Shown here: positions 1 through 8,481 of the stretch, piece after piece | How the letters are laid out: the number at the start of each line of letters is the position of its first letter | Position numbering within the stretch: position 1 is the first letter of the stretch | Source of the DNA: Octopus sinensis | Lineage: Eukaryota | Direction: 5' to 3' | DNA length: 21,563 nt | Assembly (NCBI RefSeq): GCF_006345805.1 | Contig: NW_021823683.1 | Location: 1-21,563 of the forward strand | Position numbers and translations under genes: made by a program | The notes under the pieces: generated by a model | The model's database searches: none | Seen by the model: the letters and a program-made list of their open reading frames with translations, nothing else | What the model was told of the DNA's origin: nothing

Positions 1-1140
1 GTACACAAATTTACGTGTTTTCTTTCTGTTGAACTGTTTTCCAGGTTTGTTCTACAGTGTGATTTTTTTATGATCTCTCTTGCCACATTTGACTCCTTTT
101 ATATCTTTAAACGGGCAATTACTTTTAAAATGTTGACCACCGCACCCATAACATTGATTCGATCTTGCCATTTTTTCTCTTATTTCTTATCCGTGACGCT
201 GGAGACACTGGAATAGGAGAGCAATCTTTTTCTTCAATTTCGTTTTGGGCGTCGCTTTCTTCATTTTTTTCTGCGTCGTCTTTCCTGACATTCTTCTGCT
301 TCTGTCTGTAGAGTTACTTTTTGTCGAGTTCTAATTTTGTTGACATCCGTGAACATATATCTCCATCTTTGCTTGCAGTTAGGCCTTAAACCAAAAATAT
401 GCATTTGAACATCATCTTAATTCATATGATATGAATTTTTTACACTTTCTGTTAACATCCTCGGCACAGGTAACAAAATCTTCATGTTTTTGGACAAAAT
501 GTAAAAACTGTCCTCACGTATTTAGCAGAAAACTTCTTTCACTGAAACGTTTAGATAACATTTCGTATTTTGGATTTTAAACGGGCAGTTACTTTTAAAA
601 TGTAGACCACAACATGGACTCATTCTTGACATTTTTTGTCTTATTTCTTATCCGTTACGGTGGAGACACTGGAATATGAGAGCAATCTTTTCGTTCAATT
701 TCATTTTGTGCGTCGCTTTCTTCATTTTTTTCGTCTTCCCTGGCATTCTTCTGCTTCTGTCTGAAGAGTTAATTTTTGTCCAGTTCTAAATCATTTGATA
801 AAATGTAAATAGTTTTTATTGAAACAAATCTCACCTGACTTCGTGGGCAGAATATAATTACTATATTGTTTTGTATTTGGCATACGATACCTGTCTTACA
901 AAGTAGTCGTACTATTTTTCCCCTCAGATCAATTTATAAATTCTTCTTTGAAAATTTATTCGTATCTTCGAAAATATGCAGAGAAGGTAATCCCTTTCTC
1001 TGGATTATAACTGAATACTTCAATAGAGATTGCTACGCTGTCTGGCAAGTTCGCACCTGAAGTATTTTTAGACTTCGTTAACATTGATTCCAGCCACTCT
1101 TGTTGTTGTTACTATTGTTGCTGTTGCAACTGCACCACAG
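1..1140 (-). pseudogene. gag: Decayed gag of a Ty3/Gypsy (Mag-like) LTR retrotransposon
   Basis: Manual minus-strand translation, broken by stops and frameshifts, gives ISIEVFSYNPEKGITFSAYFRRYE, NYILPTKSGEICF, KHEDFVTCAE, VTLQTEAEECQ, EIERKDCSHIPV and a zinc knuckle CYGCGGQHFKSNCPFK (about 106-153). These match Gypsy gag motifs as I recall them. Confidence 0.8.
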
Positions 1141-1230
1141 ATGCCATTAAGCCTTCTATCTTAAACGATTTTTCTTTGGTTTCATACCCATGCCAAACAA
1201 ATTTAAACATCCAACGCAAACTTCGAAGAA

Positions 1231-1240
1231 CTCTTCGCCA
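1231..1240 (-). other. Primer-binding site of the Gypsy element (TGGCGAAGAG), tRNA-Ser-type
   Basis: Lies about 100 nt upstream of the gag remnant. It has one mismatch to TGGCGACGAG, the complement of the tRNA-Ser(GCU) 3' end. A 5' LTR remnant probably occupies about 1243-1410, but its ends are not resolvable. Confidence 0.55.
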
Positions 1241-1419
1241 CTTTTATACCCTGGTTTGGAACGTATGATTTAAGGAATCAGGGGGAAAGAAAGTGTTTAC
1301 ACGACGCGAATCGATTACCCAACACTCTCTGTCAATGGCTCACAGTGAACTACTTACCAATTAATTGCTGAAGACTCGACAGTTGTCTATTTAATAGGAA
1401 TGTGTCAGTTCCCGTTTAG

Positions 1420-2230
1420 TCAATTGGAAGGTGGTCGGAACCCTTCCACAATAATACAGAAACAATGCAGACCTCTTCCTTGCGGCACAGAGAGTTTCAC
1501 ACCAAATGACGTAAAGGAAGATATGCAGTTGTAATTGCTGATGTTTTTTTCGAAATGAAGCAGACTCTTGGTAATTTTCTCAGACAAACGCTTCAATGTC
1601 TGAGGGTTTAGTTGCAGTGGAGGAAAATTCACTTTATATTGTGATTGAACATGAAGTTTTCATATTTAAAGTTCAGTGCTCCACAATACTCGCAATATAA
1701 GTACATATCACCAATACGATAGGTTCGTTTAGGATTATTGTGTCTCTGTTCAGTGGTAGTCCATGTCTTCCATCACGCTTTCGTTGCACCTGTTCATCTC
1801 GCAAACGTAACGCCTGTTCAGCATTCATACTTGTAACTCCATCTTGATGTCTCTCTGTTTGACCTTGGAGACAAGCAGCCCTTTCCAAATCATCCATATT
1901 CTCCCCTCTCTGTTACATTACGCTTTTCTGTTGGTCATGATACTGCGCACACTGCATATCATTCATGTCTTCCCTTCTCCGCTGAAATATCAATATTTGT
2001 TGTTCCTTGTACTGTGTTTGTTCTTCCTCATCCTGTCTTCTACCTTGGTCTCGCATTCTCTCTCACTACAATTGTGCCTTGCGTTGCTCTTCATCTATTG
2101 CAGATCCTCTCATCTGTTGGTACCATTTGTCCCTTTCTCTGGTTTCTTACAGCTATTCTTCTCTTATTTGCTGCCTGTAGTGCCTAACCCTCTCGCAAGT
2201 AGCTTCTAATCTTCTTCATCTATCGAACGT
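1420..2230 (-). mobile_element. Helitron remnant (N-terminal part of RepHel)
   Basis: An R/E/Q-rich N-terminal stretch is followed by RIGDMYLYCEYCGALNFKYE, then NFPPLQLNPQTLKRL...NISNYNCISSFTSFGVKLSVPQGRGLHCF (ORF 1420-1632). This resembles the Helitron pre-Rep region (CxxC; NIRxYNSxxxFxSxG; GxGP). Termini not found. Confidence 0.7.
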
Positions 2231-2468
2231 TCAGTCAAGTTTTGTAATTTGGTTATTTCATAAGCACAGCATTGGAACGAGGACCAAATAGCCGTAAACT
2301 GCGAATTTCTATCTTGCCGTAGCACAATGCACAACTAACGGCAGAATGTATGAGAAGCAGTAACAACCTCAACCGTGATCTTGTAGAGATGGAATATACT
2401 GTGTGACCACCTTTATTTTAATTGAAATATATATATTTTAATTATAATGTGTATATTTCTTGAATTGT

Positions 2469-2477
2469 AATATATAC

Positions 2478-2550
<73 letters not shown>
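2469..2550. repeat. (TA)n microsatellite, left flank and target of the PLE
   Basis: Directly visible; abuts the PLE 3' end at about 2548. Confidence 0.95.
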
Positions 2551-2553
<3 letters not shown>

Positions 2554-3442
2554 GTGAAATAGAAAGATGAATAATCTTGTAGTAGATTAATCAAAAGTTT
2601 AACCGATACCTTAGTAGCAAAAATCACAGCAGTAAACAGCACGGTTGGAGGTACAACCATCTGGCGTTGCAACCGTGCGTTGGTGCGGATAATTGAAATT
2701 AAAACATTATTGGTGAATTGAAGATATGGAGCTGAACGCAGATTGAACAGAAATCGTTTCATTTCATTCTACACGTGTTTCGAAAGGCACAAATTACCAA
2801 AATCCGATTGAATAATGGGACCATAGTGTGTCTTTCTCTTCAGGAAGAAAAAAGGAAATCCGCTGGAAAAACAAAAACAGAACAGAGGCTGAGCAAAAAC
2901 AAATCGAACTATGCTCCTAAGAGCCCATGGCGAAACTGTTTATCAGTGTATGTTGAGAACCGGTGGCTGAAGAATTCAACGGGTCAGGCATCGGTCAATC
3001 ATGTGGGTGAGGGTGTATAGATGTTCTTTGTGACCGAGCATAAAGTTCTGACTATTTAAGGAATATTGGATGTTTTATAAGGGGCGAGAAAAAATCTACT
3101 TAGAGACGTGTGTGTGTGTATACTGTTCTATATATGTGTGTGTTGGCGTAGGGGTAGAAAACATTTTTTGTGTACGTGTGTGCGTTTGATCGTTCAGCTG
3201 TCAGTGGCTACTGCCGTGATAACCGTTGGGTGGCAGAAAGAAAAAAATATATATATATTATGTTTTATGTGTGTGTGTGTTCATCTAAGCCTGCCTTGTC
3301 AAGGAAACCCCCCGCTGTGAAAAACCAAGCCCCGTTTGTCTTACAGGAGTAATTCCCCTTGCAGTGGTTAATCGTAGATATCTTAAAGGCTATTTCAGAA
3401 TTTGTTACCAAGGTCTATGGGTGCCGGTATTATTTATAAACG
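2548..3442 (-). repeat. 3' pseudo-LTR (pLTR copy 1)
   Basis: Direct repeat of 6175-7072 (offset 3627-3630). By-eye comparison gives 8 substitutions and 2 short indels over about 895 bp. Confidence 0.95.
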
Positions 3443-3855
3443 CTATTTAAAAGCCAGATAAGTGTAACGCCGCCAATGGGGGCATCGAAAAGCCGACTGT
3501 AAGAGCCCGTTTACCATCCGGCCTCTGGCAAACAAAATATGGAAGAGTTCGGAGACACAAAGGTTGCACTGTCTTCTGCCCCTATCAAATGGGAGGGCCA
3601 CCGACAAAATTGACCATTCCAGCCTATAGCTTAAGTTCGTATCCTTCAGTCGCCATATTAGCTTACTGAGTCCCGTGGTCTGGCGCTTGTTCACGTCCCG
3701 AGAAGTTGCGTAATGGTTGGAGACACGCAAAGACAATCTTGAGGATGATGCCCCTACATAAGTGAAGACATCTGAGTCCGTGTAAACCTTGCATTGGTAG
3801 ACGGCGTTTTTGATCTTGGAGTTCGCCGACGTGAATCTTAATCTGCTAGGATTAT
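3443..3855 (-). CDS. GIY-YIG endonuclease domain of the PLE (same frame as the RT ORF but cut off from it)
   Basis: NAVYQCKV...TYVGASS..LSLRVSNH...TGLSKLIWRLK...LEWSIL...CNLCVSE...VN...RCPH. The VYQ/YVG motif and the expected catalytic R, E and N residues are present. TAG stop at 3445-3443. Confidence 0.9.
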
Positions 3856-4240
3856 TTCTGAAATTAGAACTGCGTTCCTGTCACTATATTCGTTCCGAGA
3901 CCTGCAGCCGCTTACTACTCTATTTTCCACTACGTCACTATTAACTATAGGAATAACCCCTGATTCTCCACTATCTATCAGAGTGCTGTCATTGCTACTG
4001 CCCGTGGTGCTGCTATTGCGGGAAATGATGCTGGGGATGCTATTGGGGCTCTCTACCCTACTCCCATTGTTACCGTCAACCACAACACCCCTATTTATAA
4101 CTATACCCCTAGTGGGTACTCCCTGGCTGGAGCTGAGATTATGTGTCACTGTACTGGCTCTCATATCATTATTACTACTATAATTATTCCTACTGAGCAT
4201 TAAACCGGGAGCGGAAGAGGCTGTGCCTCCGGAAAAAAGG
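3856..4240 (-). CDS. S/N/G-rich RT-EN linker, read in the +1 frame relative to RT
   Basis: ORF 3838-4200 plus an open upstream extension to the A6 run at 4233-4238. The inverted copy (extra C at 7296) shows this frame running straight into EN. Confidence 0.7.
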
Positions 4241-6130
4241 TGATAGGGTCTTAGTAAGAAGCCTATTATTATGGGAGGCGATTATCTGGGCGAGGTTTTT
4301 AGTGTTGGAGAAAGCTATCCTAACTTTATGCGAGTTAACCGTGGAGTAATATTTGGAATTTCTGGGGAAGTTATTGGCGATGGCTTGTCTAAACATGAGG
4401 GGGAGGTTAGTTCTAATCTGCTTACCAAAGGGGATTACAAACCATATATGCTTATTCCTATCAGTGTGATGGGTCGGGACGCCAGCTCTCGCATTCGGGT
4501 GGGTGATTCTCGGATGAATAACGGGTCTTGGGTTAGTGTAAGACCTCCCGGACCGATAATTATCCTTGTTCGCTAAATTAAAAGCGGGAGCGACTACCCC
4601 GGCATCCGCCGCGCTCCCGTCCTTACTTAAAATGTTAATGTTATTATATACGGCCCTATCCTGATGACCGAATGCTGGCATCGGAAGGGCCGGATCAATA
4701 TAAATTACCTTCTGCCTATAACCGGCCTTGGATAGTGCGGCGTTATAAAATTCCGCTTTCTGCATAAAAATATCGGCACTGGCGGACAAGCCAGACAATC
4801 TTAGAGAGATGTTTTTAACCAAATTGTCTGTTACGGTTTTGGCATGATTTGAGAAGACACTGACATACTTCAAATTAGTGGAAGGCTTATGGTAAGGGCA
4901 GTATGAGTCGCTATTAAGGTTAAGTGTAACGTCTAGGAAATTAGCCTTGGTGAGTTCATTATCAAAAACTATACTCATGCCCATTCTATTAAAAAACCTA
5001 GCTAACCTGCTCTTAGTTTTCTGCACTATTCTGTTCGTGGTGTTTTGCAGGTAAAACAGACAATCGTCACGATACAGGCCGCCCGCGATCTCCGGGAATT
5101 GGTCGGACAATTCGTAGAGAATATATATTCCGACCAAATCGGCTATCTGCGCACTATCCGAACTACCCATAGGCACATCAAATTCATTGGGAGTATCTTT
5201 ACGGATCCACAACTTATTATCAAACTTAATAAACGATTTCCTGGCAACTAAAATGATATCTATCTCTTCTCTGGTGAGGCCAGCCTTGTTGTGAGCATGC
5301 CAGAGGGCCTTATTTAGCACACTAGGGTTAATAGAGGGGTAGAAGCTGGCGATATCAAACTGAATGAACCTAGTACGGTTCTTACTGGGGATGGAAGAGA
5401 ACCACTTCACTACCTGCGAGGAGTTGGCCCAGAGGCTGAGCTTCAGCTTGTTTACTAAACTAGGGATATATTTATCTAAAATGTACTTACTGATTATCCC
5501 GATATCAGATCTAGCAGGGCATATGAGTCTTAGCGCTGGGTTGGTGTGGAAGTTAGGTTTATGGTCCTTCACTATAAATCTGGGTTGCTTGGGGCTAAGC
5601 GGCTGAGTTCTCATTTGAATTCGGTGTTTAAATATTATTTCCTTAATTTCCAAGTTTACCTTCCTCAGGGTACTCCAATTGGTTTTTCTATAATTTTTCT
5701 TGATCTCTTTACCGTGTAAATCTAGGTACTGCTTAATGGGCATCTTGTATGTGTTCCTGGTCTTGTCGGACTGGACCAGGACTCCGTCCGTTCTATTAGT
5801 GTCCTTGGTAATTTTATCTAGGTATCTGAGGTGGGCATTTCTCCTGGGTGACTTCCTGAACTTAATCTTTCTAACTATGTCCCACAAGTCGTCCTCAAAC
5901 TTCTTCAGTCTTGGGTTCGGTGGCGGCGTATCCAATGTTTTAAAAAGCCGGCCGTATTCGGACGATGCTGTTGTCCGGTTCGATTTTAGATCTTCGTTCT
6001 CGTGGAAGAAAATGAGCCATCTTATCCGGTTTATGAATGCGTTGGTTTTACAAACCAACTCCTTAAGGAAGGCATCCTTTGGTGGTATAGGAATATCCTT
6101 AAGGGACGCATCAATCTCGAACAACTCCAT
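4190..6130 (-). CDS. PLE reverse transcriptase, 646 aa, intact N-terminus through thumb
   Basis: Motifs VQSDKT, LRLI, FIQFDIASFYPSI, PMGSSDS, GLYRDD, NFLDVTL and a PLE thumb (IWF..PF...TN; KVRIAFS...IIASHN). No internal stops. Confidence 0.95.
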   Translation of the reverse strand: MELFEIDASLKDIPIPPKDAFLKELVCKTNAFINRIRWLIFFHENEDLKSNRTTASSEYGRLFKTLDTPPPNPRLKKFEDDLWDIVRKIKFRKSPRRNAHLRYLDKITKDTNRTDGVLVQSDKTRNTYKMPIKQYLDLHGKEIKKNYRKTNWSTLRKVNLEIKEIIFKHRIQMRTQPLSPKQPRFIVKDHKPNFHTNPALRLICPARSDIGIISKYILDKYIPSLVNKLKLSLWANSSQVVKWFSSIPSKNRTRFIQFDIASFYPSINPSVLNKALWHAHNKAGLTREEIDIILVARKSFIKFDNKLWIRKDTPNEFDVPMGSSDSAQIADLVGIYILYELSDQFPEIAGGLYRDDCLFYLQNTTNRIVQKTKSRLARFFNRMGMSIVFDNELTKANFLDVTLNLNSDSYCPYHKPSTNLKYVSVFSNHAKTVTDNLVKNISLRLSGLSASADIFMQKAEFYNAALSKAGYRQKVIYIDPALPMPAFGHQDRAVYNNINILSKDGSAADAGVVAPAFNLANKDNYRSGRSYTNPRPVIHPRITHPNARAGVPTHHTDRNKHIWFVIPFGKQIRTNLPLMFRQAIANNFPRNSKYYSTVNSHKVRIAFSNTKNLAQIIASHNNRLLTKTLSPFFRRHSLFRSRFNAQ

Positions 6131-6174
6131 TATTGGTATCGGTTAAAGTAGCAGTTTCTTGACGAAGCGGTATG

Positions 6175-7072
6175 TATTATGTGAAATAGAAAGATGAATA
6201 ATCTTGTAGTAGATTAATCAAAAGTTTAACCGATACCTTAGTAGCAAAAATCACAGCAGTAAACAGCACGGTTAGAGGTACAACCATCTGGCGTTGCAAC
6301 CGTGCGTTGGTGCGGATAATTGAAATTAAAACATTATTGGTGAATTGAAGAAATGGAGCTGAACGCAGATTGAACAGAAATCGTTTTATTTCATTCTACA
6401 CGTGTTTCGAAAGGCACAAATTACCAAAATCCGATTGAATAATGGGACCATATTGTGTCTTTCTCTTCAGGAAGAAAAAAGGAAATCCGCTGGAAAAACA
6501 AAAACAGAAAAGAGGCTGAGCAAAAACAAATCGAACTATGCTCCTAAGAGCCCATGGCGAAACTGTTTATCAGTGTATGTTGAGAACCGGTGGCTGAAGA
6601 ATTCAACGGGTCAGGCATCGGTCAATCATGTGGGTGAGGGTGTATAGATGTTCTTTGTGACCGAGCATAAAGTTCTGACTATTTAAGGAATATTGGATGT
6701 TTTATAAGGGGCGAGAAAAAATCTACTTAGAGACGTGTGTGTGTGTATACTGTTCTATATATGTGTGTGTTGGCGTAGGGGTAGAAAACATTTTTTGTGT
6801 ATGTGTGTGCGTTTGATCGTTCGGCTGTCAGTGGCTACTGCCGTGATAACCGTTGGGTGGCAGAAAGAAAAAAATATATATATATATTATGTTTTATGTG
6901 TGTGTGTGTTCATCTAAGCCTGCCTTGTCAAGGAAACCCCCCGCTGTGAAAAAACCAAGCCCCGTTTGTCTTACAGGAGTAATTCCCCTTGCAGTGGTTA
7001 ATCGTAGATATCTTAAAGGCTATTTCAGAATTTGTTACCAAGGGCTATGGGTGCCGGTATTATTTATAAACG
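6175..7072 (-). repeat. 5' pseudo-LTR (pLTR copy 2)
   Basis: Direct repeat of 2548-3442, separated from the RT ATG by a unique 44-nt leader (6131-6174). Confidence 0.95.
6672..6706 (-). promoter_or_regulatory. Candidate pol II core promoter in the pLTR (TATAAAA plus Inr-like TCAGAAC)
   Basis: On minus, TATAAAA starts at 6706 and the Inr A is at 6676, a spacing of -30, facing the RT ORF. Also present in copy 1 and in copy 3 (8072-8078 / A8102, + strand). Motif evidence only. Confidence 0.4.
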
Positions 7073-7708
7073 GACGGTAACAATGGGTGTAGGGTAGAGA
7101 GCCCCAATAGCATCCCCAGCATCATTTCCCGCAATAGCAGCACCACGGGCAGTAGCAATGACAGCACTCTGATAGATAGTGGAGAATCAGGGGTTATTCC
7201 TATAGTTAATAGTGACGTAGTGGAAAATAGAGTAGTAAGCGGCTGCAGGTCTCGGAACGAATATAGTGACAGGAACGCAGTTCTAATTTCAGAAACTAAT
7301 CCTAGCAGATTAAGATTCACGTCGGCGAACTCCAAGATCAAAAACGCCGTCTACCAATGCAAGGTTTACACGGACTCAGATGTCTTCACTTATGTAGGGG
7401 CATCATCCTTAAGATTGTCTTTGCGTGTCTCCAACCATTACGCAACTTCTCGGGACGTGAACAAGCGCCAGACCACGGGACTCAGTAAGCTAATATGGCG
7501 ACTGAAGGATACGAACTTAAGCTATAGGCTGGAATGGTCAATTTTGTCGGTGGCCCTCCCATTTGATAGGGGCAGAAGACAGTGCAACCTTTGTGTCTCC
7601 GAACTCTTCCATATTTTGTTTGCCAGAGGCCGGATGGTAAACGGGCTCTTACAGTCGGCTTTTCGATGCCCCCATTGGCGGCGTTACACTTATCTGGCTT
7701 TTAAATAG
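7073..7708 (+). CDS. Uninterrupted linker plus GIY-YIG reading frame of the inverted copy (no in-frame ATG upstream of the domain)
   Basis: The frame is open from 7070 to the TAG at 7706-7708. The ORF track starts it at GTG 7220 (162 aa). Confidence 0.75.
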   Translation, partial: DGNNGCRVESPNSIPSIISRNSSTTGSSNDSTLIDSGESGVIPIVNSDVVENRVVSGCRSRNEYSDRNAVLISETNPSRLRFTSANSKIKNAVYQCKVYTDSDVFTYVGASSLRLSLRVSNHYATSRDVNKRQTTGLSKLIWRLKDTNLSYRLEWSILSVALPFDRGRRQCNLCVSELFHILFARGRMVNGLLQSAFRCPHWRRYTYLAFK

Positions 7709-8448
7709 CGTTTATAAATAATACCGGCACCCATAGACCTTGGTAACAAATTCTGAAATAGCCTTTAAGATATCTACGATTAACCACTGCAAGGGGAATT
7801 ACTCCTGTAAGACAAACGGGGCTTGGTTTTTTCACAGCGGGGGGTTTCCTTGACAAGGCAGGCTTAGATGAACACACACACACACAAAACATAATATATA
7901 TTTTTTTTTTCTTTCTGCCACCCAACGGTTATCACGGCAGTAGCCACTGACAGCCGAACGATCAAACGCACACACGTACACAAAAAATGTTTTCTACCCC
8001 TACGCCAACACACACATATATAGAACAGTATACACACACACACGTCTCTAAGTAGATTTTTTCTCGCCCCTTATAAAACATCCAATATTCCTTAAATAGT
8101 CAGAACTTTATGCTCGGTCACAAAGAACATCTATACACCCTCACCCACATGATTGACCGATGCCTGACCCGTTGAATTCTTCAGCCACCGGTTCTCAACA
8201 TACACTGATAAACAGTTTCGCCATGGCTCTCTAGGAGCATAGTTCGATTTGTTTTGCTCAGCCTCTGTTCTGTTTTTGTTTTTCCAGCGGATTTCCTTTT
8301 TTCTTCCTGAAGAGAAAGACACAATATGGTCCCATTATTCAATCGGATTTTGGTAATTTGTGCCTTTCGAAACACGTGTAGAATGAAATAAATCGATTTC
8401 TGTTCAATCTGCATTCAGCTCCATTTCTTCAATTCAGCAATAATGTTT

Positions 8449-8450
<2 letters not shown>
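7073..8450 (+). mobile_element. Inverted 5'-truncated PLE copy (linker part, EN, pLTR copy 3 lacking the last ~150 nt)
   Basis: Reverse complement of 4077 down to 2700 with few differences; ends in (TA)n at 8451. Confidence 0.95.

Positions 8451-8481
<31 letters not shown>
8451..8481. repeat. (TA)n microsatellite, right flank of the PLE
   Basis: Directly visible. Confidence 0.95.

Larger units (their letters stand above)
2548..8450 (-). mobile_element. Penelope-like retroelement with C-terminal GIY-YIG EN: partial-tandem copy plus inverted 5'-truncated copy
   Basis: RT ORF, GIY-YIG domain, direct pLTRs (2548-3442 and 6175-7072), inverted arm 7073-8450 matching 4077 down to 2700, and (TA)n on both sides. 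The N-terminal KDIPIP..RIRW and the EN CNLC..E/CxH pattern suggest the Hydra-type PLE group (recalled; needs an RT phylogeny). Confidence 0.95.

Noticed and set aside
2401-2410. GTGTGACCAC shared with 21531-21540 near TA tracts
   Set aside because: A 10-bp match is expected many times by chance in 21.5 kb, and the flanks do not align.
2822-2845. CTGAAGA-GAAA-GAC..GTC on the pLTR sense strand as a hammerhead
   Set aside because: There is no stem II between the two core halves and no NUH cleavage triplet in register.
2775-3020. 81-aa K-rich ORF repeated at 6402-6647 and partly at 8131-8322
   Set aside because: It recurs only because the pLTR copies are about 99% identical. It starts at GTG, is antisense to the PLE, is frameshifted in copy 3 and has no recognisable motif.
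3858-4200. The RT-EN linker as a spliced intron (CTAATTTCAG acceptor-like site)
   Set aside because: No convincing donor in the RT frame, and the +1 frame is fully open and runs into EN in the inverted copy, which favours coding sequence. Not fully excluded without RNA data.
3983-6146. Plus-strand ORFs overlapping the RT and linker (3983, 4271, 5045, 5364, 5700)
   Set aside because: Antisense shadows of a long coding frame; the Leu-rich one is the complement of Ser/Asn codons.
6155-6200. TTGACGA...GAAA on + as a variant hammerhead
   Set aside because: The intervening bases do not form stem II, there is no stem III, and it is antisense to the element.
7281-7708. Exonisation of the intact GIY-YIG domain into the host LRR mRNA
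   Set aside because: The better acceptor (7292) is phase 1 and out of frame with phase-2 LRR exons. The in-frame AG at 7308 lacks a pyrimidine tract.
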